From Gammaproteobacteria bacterium (GTDB lineage Bacteria > Pseudomonadota > Gammaproteobacteria > Steroidobacterales > Steroidobacteraceae), in NCBI GenBank assembly GCA_019247195.1, contig JAFAPI010000114.1, forward strand, positions 259 through 64,258: a stretch of DNA of 64,000 nt. Reading direction: 5' to 3'. The position numbers and the translations under genes are program-made. Positions 40,918-49,999 of this stretch are shown in pieces. The stretch's first letter is position 1; each line of letters starts with the position of its first letter. The notes under the pieces were generated by a model. That model made no database searches. It was not told the DNA's origin and saw only the letters and a program-made list of their open reading frames with translations.

Positions 40918-43182
40918 TCAGGCGGGTACGGTGGGCAGCTGCGCCGGCTCACACTCGAGTAGCAGCTGCGAGCCATCTGCCGACACGGATACCTTCACCT
41001 GCCCGCCGCCCGCTAGGCGTCCGAACAGCAGCTCTTCCGCCAGCGGCCGCTTGATGTGCTCCTGGATGGTGCGGGCCATGGGTCGCGCGCCCATCTTCGG
41101 GTCGTAGCCACGCTCAGCGATCCAGCGCCGCGCGGCATCGTCGAGGGAGATGGTGACGCCCTTCTGCTCGAGTTGTGACTCGACCTCGAGAATCAGCTTG
41201 TCGACCACGCGCTCGATGGTCACCGGGTCGAGAGCGGCGAACTGGATGACCGCGTCGAGACGGTTGCGGAACTCGGGCGTGAAGATGCGGCGGATGGCCT
41301 CCATGCCGTCGCTGGTATTGTCAGCGTGCATGAAACCGATCGAGGCGCGCGCCATGTCCTGGGCGCCGGCGTTGGTGGTCATGACGATGATGACGTGGCG
41401 GAAGTCCGCCTTGCGGCCGTTGTTGTCGGTCAGGGTGCCGTGGTCCATGACCTGCAGCAGCAGGTTGAATACGTCCGGGTGCGCCTTCTCGATCTCATCG
41501 AGCAGCAGCACGCAGTGCGGGTGTTTGGTGATCGCCTCGGTGAGCAGCCCGCCCTGATCGAAGCCGATGTAGCCCGGCGGCGCGCCGATCAGGCGCGATA
41601 CGGTGTGCCGTTCCATGTACTCCGACATGTCAAAGCGCAGGAACTCGACGCCCATGGCGATGGCGAGCTGACGCGTCACCTCGGTCTTGCCGACGCCGGT
41701 CGGACCTGCGAACAGGAAGCTGCCCACGGGCTTGCGCACCTCGCCGAGGCCGGAGCGCGCCATCTTGATGGCGGCGGCGAGCGCCTCGATCGCCTTGTCC
41801 TGTCCGAAGATGACGAGCTTCAGGTTGCGCTCTAGGTTCTTCAGGATCTCGCGGTCAGAAGTCGAGACGCTCTTGGCGGGGATACGCGCCATGCGCGCGA
41901 CCACATCCTCAATGTGACGCACCTCCACCGTCGGCTCACGCTCGGCGAGCGGCTTCAGCCGTGCGCGTGCTCCTGCCTCGTCCACCACATCGATGGCCTT
42001 GTCGGGCAGGTGGCGCTCGTTGATGTGCCGAGCGGCGAGCTCGGCGGCGGCTTTCAGCGCATCGTCCGCGTAGGTGATGCCATGGTGCTCCTCGAAGCGC
42101 GGCTTCAGCCCGAAGAGGATGTCGATGGTCTCGGCGACCGAGGGCTCGACCACGTCGATCTTCTGGAAGCGGCGCGCGAGGGCGTGGTCCTTCTCGAAGA
42201 TGCCGCGGTATTCGTGGTAGGTCGTCGAGCCAATGCAACGGATCTCGCCGTTGGTCAGCACCGGTTTGATGAGGTTGGAAGCGTCCATGACGCCACCGGA
42301 AGCGGCGCCTGCGCCGATGACGGTATGGATCTCGTCAATGAACAGGATCGCGCCCGGCAACTTCTTCAGCTCGGTGATGACGCCCTTCAGTCGCTTCTCG
42401 AAGTCGCCGCGGTACTTGGTGCCGGCGATCAAGGCGCCCATGTCGAGCGCATAGATCGTGCAGTCGGTAAGCACCTCGGGCACCTTGCCCTCGACGATGA
42501 GGCGCGCCAGTCCCTCGGCGATCGCGGTCTTGCCGACGCCGGCCTCGCCGACGTACAGCGGATTGTTCTTGCGCCGCCGGCACAGGATCTCGATGGTTCG
42601 CTCCACCTCGAGCTTGCGACCGATGAGCGGATCGATGCGCCCGTCCTGCGCCAGTCGGTTGAGGTTGGTGGTGTACTTCTCGAGCGCACTGCCGCCCTCA
42701 CCGTCGCGCTCGCTTTCGGTGGTCGACTCCTCCTTCTCGCTCTTGTCCTCGACCTTGGAGACGCCGTGCGAGATGTAGTTGACCACGTCAAGCCGCGTCA
42801 CGCGGCGGCGGTTGAGGAGGAATACGGCGTGGCTCTGCTTCTCGCTGAAGATGGCCACCAGCACGTTGGTAACGCCGACCTCCTTCTTGCCGCTCGACTG
42901 CACGTGGAACACGGCCCGCTGCAGCACGCGCTGGAAGCCGAGCGTGGGCTGCACCTCGCGCTCCTCGCCTTCCTCCAGCTTCGGTGTCGACTGCTCGATG
43001 TGCTCCTTCAGCTCCTGCTTGAACTGCGCCAGGTCGGCACCGCAGGCGCGCAGCACCTCGCGCACCTTCGGGGTGTCGAGGATCGCGAGCAGCAGGTGTT
43101 CGACCGTCAGGTACTCATGACGCGCCTCACGCGCCTGATGGAAGGCATCATTCAGGCAATACTCAAGCTCGTTGGACAGCAC
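40918..43182 (-). CDS. clpA: ATP-dependent Clp protease ATP-binding subunit ClpA
   Basis: It has a Clp N domain and two AAA+ modules (GEAGVGKTAIAEGLA, FAGPTGVGKTEV). Length is 754 aa and it lies downstream of clpS. Confidence 0.95.
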   Translation of the reverse strand: MLSNELEYCLNDAFHQAREARHEYLTVEHLLLAILDTPKVREVLRACGADLAQFKQELKEHIEQSTPKLEEGEEREVQPTLGFQRVLQRAVFHVQSSGKKEVGVTNVLVAIFSEKQSHAVFLLNRRRVTRLDVVNYISHGVSKVEDKSEKEESTTESERDGEGGSALEKYTTNLNRLAQDGRIDPLIGRKLEVERTIEILCRRRKNNPLYVGEAGVGKTAIAEGLARLIVEGKVPEVLTDCTIYALDMGALIAGTKYRGDFEKRLKGVITELKKLPGAILFIDEIHTVIGAGAASGGVMDASNLIKPVLTNGEIRCIGSTTYHEYRGIFEKDHALARRFQKIDVVEPSVAETIDILFGLKPRFEEHHGITYADDALKAAAELAARHINERHLPDKAIDVVDEAGARARLKPLAEREPTVEVRHIEDVVARMARIPAKSVSTSDREILKNLERNLKLVIFGQDKAIEALAAAIKMARSGLGEVRKPVGSFLFAGPTGVGKTEVTRQLAIAMGVEFLRFDMSEYMERHTVSRLIGAPPGYIGFDQGGLLTEAITKHPHCVLLLDEIEKAHPDVFNLLLQVMDHGTLTDNNGRKADFRHVIIVMTTNAGAQDMARASIGFMHADNTSDGMEAIRRIFTPEFRNRLDAVIQFAALDPVTIERVVDKLILEVESQLEQKGVTISLDDAARRWIAERGYDPKMGARPMARTIQEHIKRPLAEELLFGRLAGGGQVKVSVSADGSQLLLECEPAQLPTVPA

Positions 43183-43212
43183 TACGCAAACCTTTCGCTA
43201 AATCCTGTCGCC

Positions 43213-43533
43213 TCAGGCCTCTTCCAGCGTGCACATCAGCGGGTGCTGGTGGTCGCGCGCGTACGTGGTCACCTGTGCCACCTTAGTTTCCGCGATCTCG
43301 TATGTGAAGACCCCGCATACCCCTTTCCCCTTGGTGTGTACCTCAAGCATGACCCGCGTTGCAGTCGGACGATTCAGGGAAAAGAACTTTTCCAGCACAT
43401 CGACGACAAACTCCATGGGGGTGTAGTCGTCATTGAGCAGAACCACCCGATAGAGCGGCGGCTGCTTGACTTCCGGTCGTGCCTCCTCGACGACGATGCC
43501 GGTATCGGGTTTCACCGGATGAGGATCAGGCAT
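43213..43533 (-). CDS. clpS: ATP-dependent Clp protease adaptor ClpS
   Basis: It reads [27 protein letters not shown] and .A...ML.VH..G.GVCGV...EIAETK. I chose the ATG at 43533. Confidence 0.9.
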   Translation of the reverse strand: MPDPHPVKPDTGIVVEEARPEVKQPPLYRVVLLNDDYTPMEFVVDVLEKFFSLNRPTATRVMLEVHTKGKGVCGVFTYEIAETKVAQVTTYARDHQHPLMCTLEEA

Positions 43534-43737
43534 GAGGTTCTTTATAGGGGTCGCGAAACGGCAACACAAGCCTGCCAGAAGGAGCAGTCGTTACTCCTGC
43601 AGAAACAATCGCTTGAGAGCGCAACCGCCACGCCCTTATGATGGCGGCCGCGACGGGCGCGGCGCGCCCGCATCCGGCGCGCGCGGCCTACGGTCGGCCC
43701 CTCGCGAGGTCCACATACAGCGCATGGTTTTCAGCTC

Positions 43738-44724
43738 ATGAACGCGGCTTCCTGGCTCGAGCATCTCCCGGCGCACGAGCGCTGGCGCGCGCTGCTGCTC
43801 ACCGAGGGCCCGCGCATCGCAACCTGGACCCTGGCTCTCGCAATCGGCGTCCAGGCCGCGCTCATCCTCACCGACATCGCCGGCAATGGCGGCAAGGTCG
43901 CTCCGCCCGGTGCGCGCACCGCCAGCGCGCCGCCCGCGCGACTCGATCTCGCGGCGCTCACCAACGCTCACCTGTTCGGTGCCGCGCCTGCGCCCAAGCC
44001 CGATGAGGCCAACGCGGCGCCGACGCAGATTCCCCTGGTGCTCACGGGCATCATCGCGGGCGCCGAGCCCCAGAACGGGCTCGCGATCCTCGGCCAGACC
44101 GCGCAGAGCACCAAGGTGTATGCGGTCGGCGACAACGTGCCGGGCGGTGCCAAGCTGCATTCGGTCTATAACGACCGGGTCATCATCGACCGTAACGGGC
44201 AGCTCGAATCGCTCGCCCTGCCGCGTCAGAGCAGCGCCACCGCGCCGCCGCCCTCCGCCGCGGTGCTGCAGAACGAGAACCCGGCCCTGGAGCGCATGCG
44301 CCGCATCGTCACCGAGCAGCCGGGTCTGATCGGGGATGTGATGCGACCCCAGCCGGTGATGGACCGGGGCAAGCTCAACGGCTTCCGCGTCTACCCGGGG
44401 CGCGATCGGGCGACCTTCATGCGGCTCGGATTGCGCCCGGGCGATCAGGTCACCGCCATCAACGGCACGCCGCTCGATGACCCGGCCCGCGGCCAGCAGA
44501 TCCTGCACACACTCTCGAACGCCAGTGAGGCGCACATCACAGTTATCCGCGGCGGACAGACGCAGGATCTGGTGTTGAACATAGCGCAGGTTGCGCAGGA
44601 AGCGGACGCGGTCGCGGCCCAAGCCGCGGCGCAGGCCGCCTCCAACGCGACCGGCGTGCCGGGCGGCGCCGAGCCGGTGCCCGCGCCGCAGGAGCCGCCG
44701 GGTGGCGAGAGCGCCGGGCAGTAG
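43738..44724 (+). CDS. gspC: Type II secretion system protein GspC (TM anchor, HR domain, PDZ domain)
   Basis: It has an N-terminal TM helix, an HR-like block (LVLTGIIAG..GLAILG...STKVYAVGD.V.GGAKL.SVY.DRVII.RNG) and a PDZ-like block (FRVYPG.D...F..LGLRPGD.VTAINGTPLDD). It lies directly upstream of gspD. Confidence 0.75.
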   Translation: MNAASWLEHLPAHERWRALLLTEGPRIATWTLALAIGVQAALILTDIAGNGGKVAPPGARTASAPPARLDLAALTNAHLFGAAPAPKPDEANAAPTQIPLVLTGIIAGAEPQNGLAILGQTAQSTKVYAVGDNVPGGAKLHSVYNDRVIIDRNGQLESLALPRQSSATAPPPSAAVLQNENPALERMRRIVTEQPGLIGDVMRPQPVMDRGKLNGFRVYPGRDRATFMRLGLRPGDQVTAINGTPLDDPARGQQILHTLSNASEAHITVIRGGQTQDLVLNIAQVAQEADAVAAQAAAQAASNATGVPGGAEPVPAPQEPPGGESAGQ

Positions 44725-44748
44725 CGGCGCGCGGGGGAAACTGAACTG

Positions 44749-46896
44749 ATGAAAGCCTTATCGACTTGGCTCGTGCGTACGCTGGCCATCCTGCTGCTGG
44801 CGGCGCTGGCGCAGGCCCAGCAGGCCCAGCGCATCACGCCGAACTTCAAGGACGCCGACATCCAGCAGATCGCCGAGGCGGTGAGCGCGGCGACCGGCAA
44901 GACCTTCATCATCGATCCGCGGGTGCGGGCCCAGGTGACCATGCTGTCCTCGACGGCCATGTCACCGGCGGCGTTCTACGAGGCCTTCCTCTCGATTCTG
45001 CAGGTGTACGGATTCGTCGCCGTGCCGACCGGCAACGTAGTCAAGATCGTGCCGGATGCCAACGCGCGCGCCATGCCGGCAATCGATCTGCCCGACCGCC
45101 TCAACGGCAAGTCGGACGAGTTCGTCACCCAGGTGCTCGACGTGAAGAATGTCAGCGCCACCCAACTCATCCCGATCCTGCGGCCCCTGGTGGCGCAGTA
45201 CGGCAACCTCGCCGCCTATCCGGCCTCGAACGTCATCATCATCTCGGATCACGCCAGCAACGTCGATCGCATCGTGCGCATCATCCACCGCATCGATCAG
45301 GTCGGCAGCAGCGAGCCGGAGATCGTGCCGCTGCACGATGCCTCGGCCGCCGAGATCGTGCGCGTGGTGAACTCGCTCTACCAGGGGCCGGCGGCGGCCG
45401 AGGGCGCCGCCGTCAAGGTGGTGGCGGATGAGCGCTCGAACAGCGTCATCATCGCCGGCGAGCAGTCGCAGCGGCTGAAGCTGCGCGCGCTGATCGCCCA
45501 CCTCGACACCCCGCTCGAGTCCGGTGGCGACACGCGCGTGCGCTACCTGCACTACGCGGATGCGGAGAAAATCGCGCCGAAGCTCAAGGAACAGATCACC
45601 GGCATCGCCCAGTCGACCGCGGCGCCCGGCGGCGCGGGCGCCCCGGCCGGCGGCGGCGGTTCGCCGCTGGCGCAGGCCGAGCGCAACGCCATGGTCTGGG
45701 CCGACCCCGCCAACAACGCACTGGTCATCACCGCGCCACCCAAGATCATGCGCGCGGTCATGGACATCATCGACAAGCTCGACATCCGCCGCCCGCAGGT
45801 TCTGGTCGAGGCGATAGTCGCCGAGGTCGACGTCGACAAGAGCTCAGAGCTGGGCATCAACTGGGCGGCCTTCTCCAACGGCCAGAACATCCCGGTCGGC
45901 AGCTTCGTCAGTCCGGTCGGGGGCACGAGCATCGTCGATCTGGCGGGGGCCATCCAGAATCCGAGCAACGCCTCGACGACGCTGCTGCAGGGCACGACCA
46001 TCGGCATCGGCCGCATCGCCGGCACGGGCATCAACTTCGCGGCCATGCTGCGCGCGATCCGCGGCGACACCAACACCAACGTCGTCGCCACTCCTTCCGC
46101 GGTCACCATGGACAACCAGGAGGCGGAGCTGAAGGTGGCGCAGGAAGTGCCGTTCATCACCGGACAGTTCACCAACACCACCGCGGTCACCGGCGGGGCC
46201 GTGAATCCGTTCCAGACCATTCAGCGCCAGGAAGTCGGCACGATTCTCAAGGTGACGCCCACCATCTCGCCCGAGGGCTCGGCGGTGATGCTCAAGATCT
46301 CGATCGAGAGCTCGAGCATCGGGCAGAAACCGGCCGGCGCGGTCGACCTGGTCACCAACAAGCGCACCATCACCACCACCGTGCTGATCGAGGATGGCGG
46401 CGTGGTGGTGCTCGGCGGCCTGATCGAGGACAACAGCGTCAAGGGCGAGCAGCGCGTGCCCTACCTCGGCAGCATTCCGCTCATCGGCTTGCTGTTCAAG
46501 ACCCGAAACGCGAGCTCGACCAAGAACAACCTGATCATGTTCATCCGGCCGAAGATCCTGCGCGATCAGGCCCAGGCGGCCTACGAGACCGACCTCAAGT
46601 ACAACTACATGCGCGACCAGGAGCGCGGCCTGGAGCGGCGCGAGGCGCTGCCGCTGCTGCCGGGCACCTCGCGCGGGCGACTCGAGCCGTTGCCGCAGTG
46701 GCAGCAGCGCTCGGGCGCCGATAACACCCCGCCGCCGCCCCCGCCGGCCCCGGGCCGCACGCCGCCCTCCTCGCAGGGGCAGCCGCAGGCGGAGCCGAAT
46801 GCGCCGCCCCCGGGCGCCTTGCCGCCGGGCGCGCCGGCACCCGCGCCCAACGCCACGCCGGCACCCGAGACCCCGGACGTGACCCCGCGGCCGTGA
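44749..46896 (+). CDS. gspD: Type II secretion system secretin GspD
   Basis: It has a signal peptide, N0-N3 repeats and a secretin core ([16 protein letters not shown]...NL..FIRP.I). The C-terminal tail is unusually Pro-rich. Confidence 0.9.
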   Translation: MKALSTWLVRTLAILLLAALAQAQQAQRITPNFKDADIQQIAEAVSAATGKTFIIDPRVRAQVTMLSSTAMSPAAFYEAFLSILQVYGFVAVPTGNVVKIVPDANARAMPAIDLPDRLNGKSDEFVTQVLDVKNVSATQLIPILRPLVAQYGNLAAYPASNVIIISDHASNVDRIVRIIHRIDQVGSSEPEIVPLHDASAAEIVRVVNSLYQGPAAAEGAAVKVVADERSNSVIIAGEQSQRLKLRALIAHLDTPLESGGDTRVRYLHYADAEKIAPKLKEQITGIAQSTAAPGGAGAPAGGGGSPLAQAERNAMVWADPANNALVITAPPKIMRAVMDIIDKLDIRRPQVLVEAIVAEVDVDKSSELGINWAAFSNGQNIPVGSFVSPVGGTSIVDLAGAIQNPSNASTTLLQGTTIGIGRIAGTGINFAAMLRAIRGDTNTNVVATPSAVTMDNQEAELKVAQEVPFITGQFTNTTAVTGGAVNPFQTIQRQEVGTILKVTPTISPEGSAVMLKISIESSSIGQKPAGAVDLVTNKRTITTTVLIEDGGVVVLGGLIEDNSVKGEQRVPYLGSIPLIGLLFKTRNASSTKNNLIMFIRPKILRDQAQAAYETDLKYNYMRDQERGLERREALPLLPGTSRGRLEPLPQWQQRSGADNTPPPPPPAPGRTPPSSQGQPQAEPNAPPPGALPPGAPAPAPNATPAPETPDVTPRP

Positions 46897-48401
46897 GCGA
46901 GCTGGCGGACAAGGCGCTGAGTGCGGCGCCGGAGCTTCCAGCCGAGCGGCGCCTGTCCTTCGCCTTCGCCAAGCGCCACGGCGTGCTCGTCAACCGCGTG
47001 GTGGACGGGGTGGCGGAGTGCACCTACCGGGACAGTGCCTCACCGCAGGCGCTCGCCGAAGTGCGCCGCTACCTGCGCCGCGCCGTGCGCCTCGAGCGGG
47101 TACCGGAGGCGCAGTTCGACGAGCTGCTGCGCCGCGCCTACGAGGCGGGCTCGGATGCCATGCAGGCGGTCGAGGGGCTCGACGACACCACCGATCTTGC
47201 GCACCTGGCGCAGGAGCTGCCTGAGCAGGCGGACCTGCTCGACAGCGAGGACGACGCCCCGATCATCCGCCTCATCAATGCGGTGCTCACCCAGGCCGTC
47301 AAGGAAAACGCCTCCGACATCCACATCGAGCCTTTCGAGAACCGCCTGGTCATCCGCTTCCGCGTCGATGGCGTGCTGCGCGAGGTGCTGCAGTCGCGCC
47401 GCGCGGTGGCACCACTGGTCGTGTCGCGCATCAAGGTCATGTCGCGGCTCGACATCGCCGAGAAGCGCCTGCCGCAGGACGGACGCATCAGCCTGCGCAT
47501 CGCCGGGCGGGCGGTGGACGTGCGCGTCTCGACCATCCCGTCCGGTCACGGCGAGCGCGTGGTGCTGCGTATCCTCGACAAGCAGGCCGGCAAGCTCGAC
47601 CTGAACTCGCTCGGCATGGACCCGCGCACCCAGCAGGCCATCGACGAGCTGATCCACAAGCCGCACGGCATCCTGCTCGTGACCGGCCCCACCGGCTCGG
47701 GTAAGACCACCACGCTCTATGCGGCGCTCGAGCGCCTCAACGACAACACCCGCAACATCATGACGGTCGAGGACCCGATCGAGTACTACATCGACGGCAT
47801 CGGCCAGACCCAGGTCAATACCAAGGTGGAGATGACCTTCGCGCGCGGGTTGCGTGCCATCCTGCGCCAGGACCCCGACGTGGTGATGATCGGCGAGATC
47901 CGCGACCTCGAGACGGCGCAGATCGCCGTGCAGGCGAGCCTCACCGGCCACTTGGTCCTCTCGACCCTGCATACCAACACCGCCGCCGGCGCCATCACCC
48001 GCCTGCGCGACATGGGCATCGAGCCGTTCCTGCTGTCCTCGAGCCTTATCGGCGTGCTGGCGCAGCGCCTGGTGCGCGTGCTGAGCCCTGACACCAAGCA
48101 ACCCTTCCAGGCGGGCGAGTACGAGCGGCGGCTGCTCAACCTGGGTCCCCACGACCCCTCCCCGACCTTGTACCGCCCCGGACGCGACACCACCGGCGGT
48201 TACCGCGGCCGCTCGGGCATCTATGAGCTGATCGTGGTCGATGACACGATGCGCACCATGATCCATGACGGGGTGTCGGAGCAGGAGATCGAGCGGCATG
48301 CCCGCCTCAGCACCCCCTCCATCCGCGACGACGGGCGCGCCCGGGTGCTGCGCGGCGAGACCACCCTCGAGGAAGTCCTGCGCGTCACCCGCGAGGACTG
48401 A
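46893..48401 (+). CDS. gspE: Type II secretion system ATPase GspE
   Basis: Walker A is [15 protein letters not shown]. The Asp/His boxes and Walker B are [11 protein letters not shown]. The GTG start overlaps the gspD stop. Confidence 0.95.
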   Translation: MSELADKALSAAPELPAERRLSFAFAKRHGVLVNRVVDGVAECTYRDSASPQALAEVRRYLRRAVRLERVPEAQFDELLRRAYEAGSDAMQAVEGLDDTTDLAHLAQELPEQADLLDSEDDAPIIRLINAVLTQAVKENASDIHIEPFENRLVIRFRVDGVLREVLQSRRAVAPLVVSRIKVMSRLDIAEKRLPQDGRISLRIAGRAVDVRVSTIPSGHGERVVLRILDKQAGKLDLNSLGMDPRTQQAIDELIHKPHGILLVTGPTGSGKTTTLYAALERLNDNTRNIMTVEDPIEYYIDGIGQTQVNTKVEMTFARGLRAILRQDPDVVMIGEIRDLETAQIAVQASLTGHLVLSTLHTNTAAGAITRLRDMGIEPFLLSSSLIGVLAQRLVRVLSPDTKQPFQAGEYERRLLNLGPHDPSPTLYRPGRDTTGGYRGRSGIYELIVVDDTMRTMIHDGVSEQEIERHARLSTPSIRDDGRARVLRGETTLEEVLRVTRED

Positions 48402-49616
48402 GTGGGGGCTTTCGAGTACACCGCGCTCGATGCCGGTGGCCAGGAGCGCCACGGCATCCTCGAAGGCGATACCCCCCGACATATCCGTCAGCTGCTGCGC
48501 GAGCAGCGGCTGCTGCCCGTCAGCGTGGCAGAGGTCGCGCAGCGCGAGGCGACCCGCCAGCAGTCCTTCAGCCTGGCGCGGCGCGTGTCGGCGGCCGACC
48601 TGTCGCTCTTCACCCGCCAGCTTGCCACCCTGGTGCGCGCCGGGCTGCCGCTCGAGGAGGCGCTGCTGGCGGTCTCGCAGCAGACCGAGAAGCCGCGCGT
48701 GCAGAGCATCGTGCTCGGCGTGCGCGCGCGCGTCATGGAGGGTCACACCCTCGCCGACGGCTTCGCCGAGTTTCCGCGCGTGTTTCCCGAGATCTACCGC
48801 GCCACGGTCGCCGCGGGCGAGCAGGCCGGCCACCTCGATGAGGTCCTCGAGCGCCTGGCCGAGTACACCGAGGGGCGCGAGCAGACCCGCCAGGAGGTGC
48901 TCGCCGCGCTGCTGTACCCGATTGTGCTGACGGTGCTGTGCTTCGGCATCGTCTCGGCGCTGCTGGTCTACGTGGTGCCGAAGGTCGTGTCGGTGTTCGA
49001 GTCGAGCAAGGCCAAACTGCCGCTGATCACCCGCGCCCTCATCGGCGTCAGCGATTTCTTCCGCAGCTACGGCCTCTATGCCGTGGTGCTCGCGGCCGTG
49101 GCGGTGTGGCTGTTCCGGCGCTGGCTGCGCGACCCCGCGGCGCGGCGCCGCTATCACCTCTTCCAGCTGCGTCTGCCGCTGGTCGGCAAGCTGGTGCGCG
49201 GCTTCAACACCGCGCGCTTCACGCGCACCTTCAGCATCCTCTCGGCCAGCTCGGTGCCGGTGCTGGAAGCGATGCGCATCGCCGGCGAGGTGGTGACCAA
49301 CCTGCCGATGCGCGATGCGGTGAGCGATGCGGCGGCGCGGGTGCGCGAGGGGGCGCCGATCGGCCGCTCGCTGGCGGCCAGCCGCCTGTTCCCGCCCATG
49401 ACCATCCATCTGATCTCCAGCGGCGAGTCCAGCGGGCAGCTGGAGAGCATGCTCGAGCGCGCCGCGATCAGCCAGGAGCGCGAGCTCGACGCGCTGCTGG
49501 CGGCGATGGTGGGGCTGCTCGGACCGCTGCTGATCGTGGTGATGGGACTGTTCGTCATGGGCATCGTGTTCGCCATGCTGCTGCCGATCTTCCAGATGAG
49601 CACGCTCATCCACTAG
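48402..49616 (+). CDS. gspF: Type II secretion system inner-membrane platform protein GspF
   Basis: The start is contiguous with the gspE stop. The GspF repeat architecture is present (..F.RQLA.L..AG.PL..AL.., ..F...F..L...G..SG.L...L.R.A) with 3 TM segments. Confidence 0.9.
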   Translation: MGAFEYTALDAGGQERHGILEGDTPRHIRQLLREQRLLPVSVAEVAQREATRQQSFSLARRVSAADLSLFTRQLATLVRAGLPLEEALLAVSQQTEKPRVQSIVLGVRARVMEGHTLADGFAEFPRVFPEIYRATVAAGEQAGHLDEVLERLAEYTEGREQTRQEVLAALLYPIVLTVLCFGIVSALLVYVVPKVVSVFESSKAKLPLITRALIGVSDFFRSYGLYAVVLAAVAVWLFRRWLRDPAARRRYHLFQLRLPLVGKLVRGFNTARFTRTFSILSASSVPVLEAMRIAGEVVTNLPMRDAVSDAAARVREGAPIGRSLAASRLFPPMTIHLISSGESSGQLESMLERAAISQERELDALLAAMVGLLGPLLIVVMGLFVMGIVFAMLLPIFQMSTLIH

Positions 49617-49723
49617 GCAGCAAAGCGGCACCGCTTCACAAAGTCACGCCGCGCGATTGCACGCGCCCGGCATCTGATTTAAGTTCGCGCCGTCCAATTC
49701 CAGGTGAGGACCTCAGTCCCGCC

Positions 49724-49993
49724 ATGAGCGAGAAGCCGGAATCAGACGAGTTTGAGGAAGAGGAAGACGACGAGCCCGTCAGCGAGGAGGGCGACGTCGA
49801 CCTGGATCAGGTCATCAAGGACCTCGATCTTGCCAAGCGGCGCGGCCAGAAGAACGGCGACCCCGCCTGGCGGCGCCTCGAGCGACTGCTCGAGGACAAG
49901 CACACCGCCGAGCTCACCAGCGACTTCGACACCTACGAGATCGGCGATGAGGGCGAGAAACCGCGCAAGGGCCGCGGCAAGCCCCGGCACTGA
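49724..49993 (+). CDS. Small highly charged protein (89 aa), possibly of the PA3496-like putative envelope-integrity family
   Basis: AGGTGAGGA lies upstream of the ATG at 49724. An acidic N-terminus (DEFEEEEDDEP) is followed by a basic helix (..WRRLERLLEDKHTAELTSDFD..). The family call is from memory of a similar RR.E.LLEER.L..EL.D motif. Confidence 0.45.
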   Translation: MSEKPESDEFEEEEDDEPVSEEGDVDLDQVIKDLDLAKRRGQKNGDPAWRRLERLLEDKHTAELTSDFDTYEIGDEGEKPRKGRGKPRH

Positions 49994-49999
49994 GCGCGC

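Noticed and set aside
47040-49631. An 863-aa minus-strand ORF opposite gspE/gspF. Similar long shadow ORFs occur at 41914-43641 (opposite clpA), 51254-53200 (dnaE2), 53566-55497 (imuB/imuA/lexA), 57376-58698 (plsX), 59720-61045 (rluC), 61471-62946 (rne), 33449-34723 (rarA) and 10325-11608 (purU).
   Set aside because: All lie antisense to strongly conserved genes. They have biased His/Arg/Asp/Gly/Ala compositions and no motifs. They are GC-driven artefacts, not overlapping genes.
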